Shown: piece by piece, positions 37,278 to 46,542 of the stretch
Layout of the letters: each line of letters opens with the position of its first letter
How positions within the stretch are numbered: position 1 is the stretch's first letter
Origin: a virus
Lineage: Duplodnaviria; Caudoviricetes
Length of the DNA stretch: 56,466 nt
Reading direction: 5' to 3' (one strand)
Virus record (IMG/VR): IMGVR_UViG_3300027728_000001
Coordinates: 1 to 56,466 of that record
Notes under the pieces: model-generated
What the model saw: only the letters and a program-made list of their open reading frames with translations
Database searches by the model: none
Told to the model about the DNA's origin: nothing
Program-made: the position numbers and the translations under genes

Positions 37278-37306
37278 AGTTTAGCAGACCAGTTGTTCTT
37301 TGTCAC
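37278..37306 (-). promoter_or_regulatory. Sigma70-type promoter upstream of the tRNA fragment and RecE operon
   Basis: GTGACA-17 bp-TAAACT followed by GC-rich CCCGGG. Confidence 0.6.
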
Positions 37307-37360
37307 GCGGGGGATACTCTGACCCCCCACACCAAGGTCAACAAACTTGCCGCCACCTGC

Positions 37361-38176
37361 ATGTCTGTCCGACAATTCGCTGAAGCCTACGCCCTCCGCA
37401 CGGGGGCTTCTCCCAACTACCGTGAGCAACTCATTGTGCTGACCAAGCGCCTCCCGTGGGGGGTTGGCGATTTGACCGTGGCCAACATCGATGCGTACCT
37501 CACTCAGGCTCTGACACATCTCGCTGCCTCCACGGTACACAACCACCGCCGCATGCTGGGCACGCTCCGCAAGGCCGCTCTCCGAGATGGCCTGCTGGTG
37601 GACGATTGTACAGTCCCGATCCGGCGTGTCAAGCACTATCTGCCGATGGTCAGAGCTTGGACGCACGCGGAGCTTCGTCACTTGCTTGCGGTAGCCGCGG
37701 AGATGCCGGGGAGTACGCTGTATTGCCCGCACCGCATCTTGCTGAGAGCTTGGATTTTGGTGGGCTACAGCAGCGGTCTGCGGCTGGGTGACATGCTGTC
37801 CATCACCTACGACGCCCTGCGTGGGGATCGTCTCGCTACGGTGATGCAGAAAACGCGGCAGCAGCATGTGGTCGTCCTTGACTCTTTAGCTATCGCAGCG
37901 ATCCATTCGCTGCCCCGCCGCGGCCCCAAGATCTTCGGTGGGCTGGTCGGTAGGAGCCGGATCATAGTGGCCATGCGCGCACTTGTCAAACGTGCAGGTC
38001 TGACGGGCTCGGGCAAATACCTGCGTAGAAGCAGTGCCACATACGCGCAACTAGCTGGCATCGACCCCAGTGGACACTTAGGTCACCTGAGTCCCGGGAT
38101 GAAACGCCATTACCTAGACGAGGTCATCTTGTCGGATATGAAGCGCGCGGTGCCAAGCTTAGAGCTGACCCATTAG
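37361..38176 (+). CDS. int: Tyrosine recombinase/integrase (start could be 37268)
   Basis: SGLRLGD (R), QKT (K), KYLRRS (variant HxxR), LGH, RHY (Y). Confidence 0.9.
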   Translation: MSVRQFAEAYALRTGASPNYREQLIVLTKRLPWGVGDLTVANIDAYLTQALTHLAASTVHNHRRMLGTLRKAALRDGLLVDDCTVPIRRVKHYLPMVRAWTHAELRHLLAVAAEMPGSTLYCPHRILLRAWILVGYSSGLRLGDMLSITYDALRGDRLATVMQKTRQQHVVVLDSLAIAAIHSLPRRGPKIFGGLVGRSRIIVAMRALVKRAGLTGSGKYLRRSSATYAQLAGIDPSGHLGHLSPGMKRHYLDEVILSDMKRAVPSLELTH

Positions 38177-41100
38177 CGTTTCCAAGGGATCGGCTTCTAG
38201 CTTCTTACGCTCACGGGCCTTCTTCGCCGCTTCGGCCTGGATGACCTTGTACAGAAGGTACATGTCTCGCTGCTCCTTCGGCATGGCTCTCAGCACATCC
38301 TCGGGGACGGTGAGGTTTTCATATGTCCTCACGCCTGGCACTGTGGTCAGGAGCTTGTTGAGCATGTCCCGTGCGGCGAGTTGCTTTGTCCGCTCGGCAT
38401 CAACGTCTGTCAGCTTCACGCCAGCCAGCAGATTGAACGCTGCCTTGGAGTAGCGGTCGGCTGGGTCTAGCCGGTCGTCTCGCAGTTGCCTGTATGTTCC
38501 AATCGCCCTAGAGCCAAACGGCAGGAAGTTCGTCGCAAGCTGCTCCAAGGGGCGACCGATGGGGCCGATGTCTTGTTCCAGTACAGAGTACAGATCGGAC
38601 ATCTGCCGGCCGCTGTACAACTGGCGGTTGGTGACGTATTCGATTGGGGCTTTGATGATCGGGTTTGCCATCCCAAGAAGATTGGAGCCGGTCTTCTGAA
38701 TGCTGTCAGCGATCTGGGATGGCAGGGTGGAGCCGACACCCGGGGTCATCAGGCCCAGCGTGGACTCCCATGGCAGATCGACATTCGTCAGGTATCTCCG
38801 GAGCCCAGGCTTGGGGCTTCCTCCTAGGAGCGAAGTCCAGTCTTCTGGGAGTGGGATGGCTGCGGACTGACGCAGGTGTTCCGGCACCATGCTGTCGTCG
38901 GTGGGTTCTGTACCCCGGGCGACGGCACGGATCGACTGCCCTTGGATCCCACCGGGTGCGTAGATCATCCGGTCGGCAATGCTGGGCATAATGCCTTTTT
39001 GGAACGACCAAAACGGCGCTACCCGCTTCATTATCTTGCGGTCGAATTCGGTGAGAGCAGACCCGCTATAGTCCACGTTCACCATGCGGTTTAAGTCACC
39101 CGCCACGCCGGGATCGACACCCTTGCGGAGCTGGTTGATGAACGTGCCCTGCCGCAGGGCGTCTTCTACCGTTCCGCCTACGGCATCGTTCATTACCAAG
39201 AGCGGGTTGGTGTTCCTGGTCGCAGGCTCTTTGAAATATCCTACGCCTCGCATGGAGGTCATATCGGATGCGAACTGGCCCCATGTCCTATCGGGTTGGT
39301 ACGCCGCGCGGGCTACTGAGTTCCCAGTGTCGCCGCCGGGGAACGATGCCCGGATGGCTTGCTCTGGCCGACCAGAGACATCGTCTACAATGTTGCCGCT
39401 AGAGACTCGCTGCGAACCCTGCATCTCCATGTATCGCTGCAGGATCTGATCATCGTTCAATCCGCGGAACGAAGGGGTGTTGCGTAGCCGGTTGATCAGC
39501 GGGCGATAGTTTCCGCGGCTAGCCTGGTAGCCGGCCAGATGATCCATTGGGTTGAATGTATTGTGTGCGGCGGCATTGGCTACACCGCTATACAGATTGC
39601 GGAAGTGAAACGCCGGGCTTGCTAGGGCACCGACCTTAAATGCGTTGGTCACATTGTCCAAGCCGCGCACCAAACCTTGTGCCGGAAGGGAGGCGCTGAT
39701 CTGCGGAGCAAGTGTGCTGAGCGATTGGATGTAGCGTTCGTTGATCGAATAGTTGGTGGGGTCATTCCCCGTCAGTCTCTGCCACATCTGGCGGAAGTTA
39801 CGGGGATCGTAACCAAGACGCTGCGCAGCATCAGCGAGAGGAATGTTCACACCACCCGCCACTGCCCCGGCAGGTTCTGTTACGGCAAGTTGCTCCAGTC
39901 GCCGTGTAAGGAACTCAGTCTTCCCCAAGGTGACTGCCTGACCCTGCTGATAGCGTAGTACGTTCTCAAATGCGGGCGTGTCATAGATGCCCGTACCAGT
40001 GCGGGCGAACTGAGTGTCGGCCGAGCGGACAATGTCTGCGAGGTCACGGTAGTTGCGTGCAACGCGGGCTTGGAGAGCCGTCTCCATGGTGGCACGCTCT
40101 GCTGCCGACGCTGCGACATATTCTGGCGAGGTGCGAACGGAATCCTCAATGCCTTGGTAGACCGACTGACCCTGTGCCTTGCGACCAACCGCCTCAAAGG
40201 CACTGTCTAGGATCATCCTCGCCTGCTGCTCATTGGCGTTGATGAGTGCCTGCTGAAGGCCGCGGGAATCGACGCCCCGCCCCGTGTTCGCAAACTGTTC
40301 AGCGGTCGTTCCCGTCAGCTCGTTGAACGTCGCTTGGCCACCAACGACATCGGTGTACTCTGGGCGATGCCGTCCAAAGCTATCCCCGGTATTGATGAAC
40401 CGTTGGCCGCGTGTCATCGGCCTAGCCGTAGCCGCACCAGCCCCCGGGATAGTCGGAGGGGCGGGTTGTTCAAACCACTTCGTCTGTCTTGGAATCCAGC
40501 CTGTCTCAGCGTTGGCGCTCGTCCACCGCGGAGCAGGCAACCCAGCGTCTATAGCCTGTGTCTGTGCGGTTTGCTCCAGGTCTACCATGCGGTCACGGAT
40601 GACTTGGAACTCAGGGATGTTCTCCAACACCCAGTCTGCAACTGGATTGCCGCTGGTACGTAAGCCGAGTGGGCCTTGGGCTCCCCCCGCCAACCGCGAG
40701 GGTTGTGATTCGACGTAGGCACCCAGTGCCCGCTGGGTATCTGAGCTTTCAAATCGGCGCAACGTCCTCGGAATCGCTTGGCCTGCGAGTGGCCCGCTGG
40801 GGATAGTGTCAGGCACCGCGGCCCTGGTGGCGCGGAACAGGAGCCCCGTGGCTTCGCCATCGACTTGCTCCAGCCTATCTCTCGCCGCACGCGCAGCCAT
40901 CCGATGGTCTAGTTGCAGATTGTTGGTCAACTCCAAGTCCCGGCTCACCACACCCAATGGGCCGGCAGCGGGGCTGGTGAGTGACGCAGCCGTGCGGGTG
41001 ATGTTCCCGATCACAGGAGCGGTCTTCGTCCAGTTGCCAAGCGAGTCCATGTTGCGGGCCACGGCATCGCCAAACGCCCCACCGCCGATGCTAAAGCCGA

Positions 41101-41806
41101 TGTTCGTCCCCGGGATGCGGAAGTCGTCCAACACGCCCACGGCGTCGTTCATCCCATTAGCGCCGAAGCGATCAAACTGTGCTTGGAGGCGAGCTAGTGC
41201 ATCGGGGCGTTGGGCGACCGGCAGTTGGTCTATCAGCGTCTGGGGCGTGGAGAGACGGTTGTACTCTCGCACGCGGGGCATGCGGGTTGTATAGGCAGGT
41301 AAGCCGCGGGCCGCACGCAGGGGGTTGAGGTTATCAACGGAGTCCAAGGCGGCATCACGCAGCAAGCCAGCAGCCTTTGCCGCCTTCCCCGCCGCGGACT
41401 TGGCCCCCTGCCCAATCACGGCGCTGGTGCCAAGCGATGCGTATGTCAACGGATCTAGAAGAATCTCAGCGGCCAATCCACCGCCGAAATTTCCCCACGT
41501 GTCCTCGTCACCCGCCATGCCGTACTGCCGCAGCAGCTCACGGCCAGTGACGCGATCCTCAGAGGATCCAAAGACACTGAGCGGATCGCCAGCGAGGATG
41601 CCTCGCACTAACGAGCCCGGGGTATCTAGGATGTACCCGGCAGTAGACAAGCCAGACGCGCCGACCGAAGCCAGCGAGCGGAGCATGCTGCGCTTTTCCT
41701 CTTCTGGCAAGAGGTCGGTGAGCGTAGGGTCGTCGTCCGGGATCCCCTCTTGGCCATTCAGCAGGCCGTAGGGATCGTATAGATCAAAGAGTGGTGAGCG
41801 TGCCAT
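38159..41806 (-). CDS. Large internal virion/ejection protein (LPD38-like C-terminus)
   Basis: 1215 aa, last late gene; APFWSF..NPIIKAPIEY.TNRQLYSGR. Confidence 0.7.
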   Translation of the reverse strand: MARSPLFDLYDPYGLLNGQEGIPDDDPTLTDLLPEEEKRSMLRSLASVGASGLSTAGYILDTPGSLVRGILAGDPLSVFGSSEDRVTGRELLRQYGMAGDEDTWGNFGGGLAAEILLDPLTYASLGTSAVIGQGAKSAAGKAAKAAGLLRDAALDSVDNLNPLRAARGLPAYTTRMPRVREYNRLSTPQTLIDQLPVAQRPDALARLQAQFDRFGANGMNDAVGVLDDFRIPGTNIGFSIGGGAFGDAVARNMDSLGNWTKTAPVIGNITRTAASLTSPAAGPLGVVSRDLELTNNLQLDHRMAARAARDRLEQVDGEATGLLFRATRAAVPDTIPSGPLAGQAIPRTLRRFESSDTQRALGAYVESQPSRLAGGAQGPLGLRTSGNPVADWVLENIPEFQVIRDRMVDLEQTAQTQAIDAGLPAPRWTSANAETGWIPRQTKWFEQPAPPTIPGAGAATARPMTRGQRFINTGDSFGRHRPEYTDVVGGQATFNELTGTTAEQFANTGRGVDSRGLQQALINANEQQARMILDSAFEAVGRKAQGQSVYQGIEDSVRTSPEYVAASAAERATMETALQARVARNYRDLADIVRSADTQFARTGTGIYDTPAFENVLRYQQGQAVTLGKTEFLTRRLEQLAVTEPAGAVAGGVNIPLADAAQRLGYDPRNFRQMWQRLTGNDPTNYSINERYIQSLSTLAPQISASLPAQGLVRGLDNVTNAFKVGALASPAFHFRNLYSGVANAAAHNTFNPMDHLAGYQASRGNYRPLINRLRNTPSFRGLNDDQILQRYMEMQGSQRVSSGNIVDDVSGRPEQAIRASFPGGDTGNSVARAAYQPDRTWGQFASDMTSMRGVGYFKEPATRNTNPLLVMNDAVGGTVEDALRQGTFINQLRKGVDPGVAGDLNRMVNVDYSGSALTEFDRKIMKRVAPFWSFQKGIMPSIADRMIYAPGGIQGQSIRAVARGTEPTDDSMVPEHLRQSAAIPLPEDWTSLLGGSPKPGLRRYLTNVDLPWESTLGLMTPGVGSTLPSQIADSIQKTGSNLLGMANPIIKAPIEYVTNRQLYSGRQMSDLYSVLEQDIGPIGRPLEQLATNFLPFGSRAIGTYRQLRDDRLDPADRYSKAAFNLLAGVKLTDVDAERTKQLAARDMLNKLLTTVPGVRTYENLTVPEDVLRAMPKEQRDMYLLYKVIQAEAAKKARERKKLEADPLETLMGQL

Positions 41807-43254
41807 TACCTACCCACGGGCGGTGGTGCTGCGGGCCGTGGCCCGCCCCGGGGATCGCGTGGTGCTACAGGCAGAGGGCCACGCGGGCCGTTACGAGTGC
41901 CAGCCCGGTCGTAGCGGCGACGATCTGCAGCTTGGCGGGCGGTTTCGCGCGCCAGCGTCTCGTCCATGCCATAATCCCTAACAAATGCCGCGGCCAAGTT
42001 TGCTTCGTCAGTGTCGGACATTCCGCCGTAACCGCCCATCATCGGGAAGCCCTCGTCACCACTGTCGTATTGCAGGGCCAAGCGGTCGGCTTCCTTTTGC
42101 GCCATCGGAGATGTGACATTACCTGCGGTGAGATCTTGGCGACCGGCGGCGGCGGGGTCGGCCTCCCTGGCCTCGCGGTCTAGTTGGGCTAGCTTCGCAT
42201 CGACCAAGCGGCCGTCCGGTGTATTCCGATCAGCTTTCTGCCCAGCGGCGGCAGCATCCACCTGTGCGACGAGTGCGCCACCAGGCAGCATGTACTGCAG
42301 GGACTGTCGCTGATCTTCAGAGACGCCCGGCTCGTCCATCATACTGAAAGCGTTCACTTGGTTCTTGGCCCGGTTCTGACCAGCGAGCATCATCTGGGCA
42401 CGCCATCGATCAGTACGCGCATTGCTGTCGGATCGCTGGCCTGCTCGTACGGCTTGGCGGCGTTCCTCTGGTGTCATCGCCTGCAGTTCGGCTTCACTGA
42501 CACCTGACCGATCTGCGAAGCGAGCAATCTGCCGCTCGTCCATATACGCCTGCTGCTGTTGCTGAGCAGCTTCGTTCTGTTCATAGACATAGTTCGACCC
42601 AGTGGGGCCGCGGCGAAGCCCTAAATTAAAGCCCGGCAGAGATTGGTCTTGTGCTTCCAGATCCGCCCGTGGGCCTAGTCGCCCAAGGCCACCAGGAACA
42701 TCTCGCCGCCCCAGACCCTGCATGGTCAAAGGCTCTTGGCCCGTGCCAAGCATGTAGGCCACACCGCCATCGGGAGTGTCAACCGGAAAGAATCCCCGCG
42801 CCGCCATGTCCCGGTCACGCTGGGAGGGCTGGTACGCGGCGTCTGGGTGGGCAGAGCGATATGCCACATCCTCGTCCAAGACTCGCGGGCGTGTCATATA
42901 GTCAACGGCGGCACTCATCTTGTCAAAGTGTTGCCCCGGCGTGACCTTGCCTCCACCTCGCACGCTGCGAGGGCCAGGTTCAGCTTGTGGCATATAGCCC
43001 TGCGCACGGATCTGATCGGGCGACACAGTCGTCTCTCGCGGGGGCTGCATCACTGGAGCAGGTGCGGGCGCAGGCTCCAAAGCCTCGCCGGCCATCTGAC
43101 GCGCGGCGACGACAATGGCTTCTTGGCGATCCATGCCTTGTGCAACCAAGCGGCGTACTAGCGACATGTGCCGGGCGTCGGTAGGCGTCAACACCGGATC
43201 GGGCGTGATCGGGGCAGCGGCACTGGCAAGGGGATCTAGTTCATCGGGTCGCAT
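41806..43254 (-). CDS. Putative internal virion protein
   Basis: 482 aa, A/Q/R-rich, AGGAG RBS. Confidence 0.65.
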   Translation of the reverse strand: MRPDELDPLASAAAPITPDPVLTPTDARHMSLVRRLVAQGMDRQEAIVVAARQMAGEALEPAPAPAPVMQPPRETTVSPDQIRAQGYMPQAEPGPRSVRGGGKVTPGQHFDKMSAAVDYMTRPRVLDEDVAYRSAHPDAAYQPSQRDRDMAARGFFPVDTPDGGVAYMLGTGQEPLTMQGLGRRDVPGGLGRLGPRADLEAQDQSLPGFNLGLRRGPTGSNYVYEQNEAAQQQQQAYMDERQIARFADRSGVSEAELQAMTPEERRQAVRAGQRSDSNARTDRWRAQMMLAGQNRAKNQVNAFSMMDEPGVSEDQRQSLQYMLPGGALVAQVDAAAAGQKADRNTPDGRLVDAKLAQLDREAREADPAAAGRQDLTAGNVTSPMAQKEADRLALQYDSGDEGFPMMGGYGGMSDTDEANLAAAFVRDYGMDETLARETARQAADRRRYDRAGTRNGPRGPLPVAPRDPRGGPRPAAPPPVGR

Positions 43255-43257
43255 CTG

Positions 43258-44337
43258 CTATCTCCTAGTACGTGCGTTGCGCATCTCGTCGCCCTGAGCC
43301 TGGAGGCGTCGGACTTCCGCCATAATCTGCTGAGCCTGCGGAACCTCACGGCCAGCCTTGCTGCGCATCTCATTGAGCTGTGCAATCAGAAACTGGGCCT
43401 GCGCATGCGGGTCTTGCGGATTCGCCCCGGCGACACGGCCCGCAGCTTGGGGCGAGCGAGAGTTCCGCATCTCATTGCTCTGGGCCAAGAGGGCATTGAT
43501 CTGCGGAGCTTCGGGAATCTCCCTGCCTGCCTTCTGCCGGCGGGAATTCAATTCACCGATCAGCATCTCAGCCTGCTGGCGAGGATCGTATCCACCCTGG
43601 CCAGCAGCCTCACGCTTCTGTTCACGGGCGTTGTACTGACTCTTAAACGTGTCAGCAAAGTTACTCTCATCCACGCCACTGCTATCGACAACTGGGGCAG
43701 GGCGAGATTCCGCCACAAGGTCAGCGGTTCCGCCTGTGCTAGTAAGTCCGGCGGGAGGTGCTTGTGGAGGCGGTACGGCCTGAACGCCCGGCTTCATAGC
43801 CTGCTGGCCGACCATGTACGCCCCGGCACCCAATGCGCCCGCAGCCGCCACGCCACCACCCATCATTGCCAAGTCCTGTGCAGTCTGCCCGCGTTGGGCA
43901 GCTTGCTGGGCACGCACGGCAGGATACGCCTGCTGCATCTGCAGGGCGTCTCGGGCCATGGGGGCGAATGGCTGGTTGCGGAGGTTGTTCTGCTTGCCAC
44001 TCAGTAGAGCTTGGTTGCGTCCGGAGGCACGGCTCATCTCTGTCCAGAGGTCACCGCCCAAGCCCATGTCCGCGGCGGCAGGAGGAGGAGCCTGGATGGC
44101 ATCTAGTCCTGTAGGAGGATCGGTGGCTCGGATTGGGGCGCGGAGCAGGGGAGTGATGTCGCCGTTGCGCACCAAAAGCTTCTCAGCGTCAGACAGCATC
44201 TGGAACTCAGGTGAGTTGATGAGCTTACGCATATCCATGCCGCCGCCCGGGGGGCCAGCTACAAGGTTGCGGATCATCGCTGCATTGTCAGCACCCTCTG
44301 CGAGGTTCTGCACTCCGGAGCGGATGGGATTGGGCAT
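43258..44337 (-). CDS. Putative internal virion protein with duplicated DP..QA..LI..LN..R.KAGRE.P.A.QI module
   Basis: 359 aa, internal repeat. Confidence 0.65.
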   Translation of the reverse strand: MPNPIRSGVQNLAEGADNAAMIRNLVAGPPGGGMDMRKLINSPEFQMLSDAEKLLVRNGDITPLLRAPIRATDPPTGLDAIQAPPPAAADMGLGGDLWTEMSRASGRNQALLSGKQNNLRNQPFAPMARDALQMQQAYPAVRAQQAAQRGQTAQDLAMMGGGVAAAGALGAGAYMVGQQAMKPGVQAVPPPQAPPAGLTSTGGTADLVAESRPAPVVDSSGVDESNFADTFKSQYNAREQKREAAGQGGYDPRQQAEMLIGELNSRRQKAGREIPEAPQINALLAQSNEMRNSRSPQAAGRVAGANPQDPHAQAQFLIAQLNEMRSKAGREVPQAQQIMAEVRRLQAQGDEMRNARTRR

Positions 44338-44603
44338 TATGCTTTCCTCTTCTTAGCTGGAACGTCTGGCATTTCATCGGACGGGAGGTCGTCCTCAGTA
44401 ACGAGCGGCGTGTTGGGCTTGCCGTGCATCTCTTCGTCCAAGTCGGCAAGGTCGTTCTTCTCCTTCTTGGGAGACTTCTCGTCCTTGCTCAGCTTGGAGA
44501 TGATTTCCTTTTCCTCTTCGTCGCTGGCAGCGAGCAATTGTTTAACAAGTCGCTTCAGCCCAGCCTGTGTCAGATCGTCTAGATCAAAGTCTAAGCGTGC
44601 CAT
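44337..44603 (-). CDS. Small charged protein
   Basis: TAATG coupling at both ends. Confidence 0.7.
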   Translation of the reverse strand: MARLDFDLDDLTQAGLKRLVKQLLAASDEEEKEIISKLSKDEKSPKKEKNDLADLDEEMHGKPNTPLVTEDDLPSDEMPDVPAKKRKA

Positions 44604-44980
44604 TAGTCCAAGAGCCCTCCAAGAATCGACGTTGCAAAGTTAAGCGCACTGTTCTGCCGTTGAAGGGCAGACATCTGCGTGTTGTATTGCTGCTGCTGAA
44701 GAAGAGCCCCAATGGATTGCTGCTGCGAGGCATCGGCCTCGGCGTCTTGCACGGAGTACGCGGTGTTGTAATCCTGTGCGTTCTGTCGCTGGGAGTAAGC
44801 GTCAGCGATACCAGTAGCCATCTTCCGCGCGCCCAAGATTCCTGCTTGGCTCTGCTGGCCGGCACCACGGGATTGACCGGCGCGATCCATCGTCTTCATC
44901 TGAAGTCGGGGGTCGCCTTGGGCAATAGCGTCTGCGTACTGATTATTGAACGCAGAGCGAATCTTCTGGGGTGCGAGCAT
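44603..44980 (-). CDS. Gln/Ala-rich putative ejection protein
   Basis: Coupled; C-terminal ILGGLL. Confidence 0.65.
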   Translation of the reverse strand: MLAPQKIRSAFNNQYADAIAQGDPRLQMKTMDRAGQSRGAGQQSQAGILGARKMATGIADAYSQRQNAQDYNTAYSVQDAEADASQQQSIGALLQQQQYNTQMSALQRQNSALNFATSILGGLLD

Positions 44981-45243
44981 TAGTACAGACCTCGCAGTAG
45001 GCTACCGATGCCGCCAAACATCCCGTCCATGCGAGTCTGCGTCAGGCTATCTCGCTGCCGCTGGAGCTCCATGTCGTTCTGCATTCCTTGCAGCGAGTAC
45101 TGATTGGCGAAGTTTTTGCTCTGCTTCGCTAGCTCTGATTGTCGGCGTGCTTGCTCCACGGCATCGACAGCCATTGCGCTGGCTGTCAGTGAAGACAGAA
45201 CGTCGCCGTGAGCCGATGGGTAAGAGCTATAGGGTGATCTCAT
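44980..45243 (-). CDS. Small putative ejection protein
   Basis: Coupled; C-terminal GSLLRGLY. Confidence 0.65.
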   Translation of the reverse strand: MRSPYSSYPSAHGDVLSSLTASAMAVDAVEQARRQSELAKQSKNFANQYSLQGMQNDMELQRQRDSLTQTRMDGMFGGIGSLLRGLY

Positions 45244-46532
45244 TAGCGAGCCTTTGTCACTTGCCAGCCGGGGCCCTGGGGCTTGTACATCCCAGACGCT
45301 ACGCTATCACGCCAATTCTCTTGGCTCTGCCTGTAGTAATCGGCCAGCCGCCCGGTTGCGTAACCCTGCTGGTCGTCCTGCCGCCTCCTCTCCGCATCCG
45401 CCAAGCGGTACTGCTCTTGCTGGTTCTGGGCTTTGCTATTGAAGATGCCTGTGTTTCCGATGCTGTCATCCCACAGCGACCTCACGCCGCCAGCGGCAGA
45501 ACCGTAGGCGGCTTTAGCATCACCCCAGCCAGATCGCATGTCGCCCTGCACGCCGCTAATGCGATTTGCCGAGTCTGTGTATCCACCGGCCAAGGCTTCC
45601 AAGATCGAACCCGTGGGGATCGCTTGGCCCGGTCGGTTGCTGTTCTCCATGGAATCCCGGGAGAAGTCATAGAACTGATTCATTCCGCTAGTGGAGGCGC
45701 CTAGATTTAGCACGTTGAAGTCTCTGAGAGCGTCGTACGCATCTTTCGTCATAGTGCGTGGCATCTCACGGGCGATTGCCTGGTCGGCATTCAGCGAGTT
45801 CATGCCCCTGTTGAAGCCGCCTGCGAGCTGGCCGTAATCGTATGTGCGGTTCACATCGCCACGCAGATCATCAATGGCTTGGTAGCCACGGCCGATGCCA
45901 GAGGAGTCGTATCCGCCACCGCCACCAGATCCGGCAATACCAGAACCCAGCGACTGACCAAGACCAGGAATAGTGCTAGACACGGCACCGCCAATACCCA
46001 AGGCAGAAGCAGACTTGCCCAAGCCAGCCAGAGCGTTGTTGCGGCTTTGGCCCAAGCTGCTCACTGCCCCTTGGTTAGCAGAGGTCATATCGGCCAAGGA
46101 TCGCTGATAGCCCTGCTGGTTCTGTGCCCACGCCTGCATGCCCAGCCCGGCCACGTTGCCGTAGTTGGCCATGGCCGCAGTGCCAAGATTAGAGATAGCT
46201 ACTTGCCGGGCGGCTTCCGCAGACGAGACGGCTTGGTTCCCAGACTGGGCGTTGTTCCACGTATTGCCCAGCGCGTTCGCAGTGCCAGCGATTCCGTTCG
46301 CCATGGCTGCGTAGTTCTGAGCGTAGCTATTGCCTAGCGAACCCAGCCCTTGGTTGTATGTGCCATAACCCTTGTTGTAGGAGTCGTACATGCCACCCAT
46401 CACACCAGCAAACTGGCTGGGCGCTGCGGACATATTGCCGCCCACTTGCGTGGCGTAGCCGTCAGAGCCCGCACCAGAGGGGGACATTCCGAAGGGGCTG
46501 CTGTAAAACGAATTCGGGTTGTAATACGCCAT
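45243..46532 (-). CDS. Gly/Ala/Asn-rich putative ejection/pilot protein
   Basis: 429 aa; AGGAG RBS. Confidence 0.65.
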   Translation of the reverse strand: MAYYNPNSFYSSPFGMSPSGAGSDGYATQVGGNMSAAPSQFAGVMGGMYDSYNKGYGTYNQGLGSLGNSYAQNYAAMANGIAGTANALGNTWNNAQSGNQAVSSAEAARQVAISNLGTAAMANYGNVAGLGMQAWAQNQQGYQRSLADMTSANQGAVSSLGQSRNNALAGLGKSASALGIGGAVSSTIPGLGQSLGSGIAGSGGGGGYDSSGIGRGYQAIDDLRGDVNRTYDYGQLAGGFNRGMNSLNADQAIAREMPRTMTKDAYDALRDFNVLNLGASTSGMNQFYDFSRDSMENSNRPGQAIPTGSILEALAGGYTDSANRISGVQGDMRSGWGDAKAAYGSAAGGVRSLWDDSIGNTGIFNSKAQNQQEQYRLADAERRRQDDQQGYATGRLADYYRQSQENWRDSVASGMYKPQGPGWQVTKAR

Positions 46533-46542
46533 ACGTTGTCTC

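Noticed and set aside
37034-37867. 277-aa minus-strand ORF
   Set aside because: Mostly antisense to the integrase; only a possible 77-aa hydrophobic ORF from ATG 37267 remains, and it lacks an RBS and begins in the tRNA fragment.
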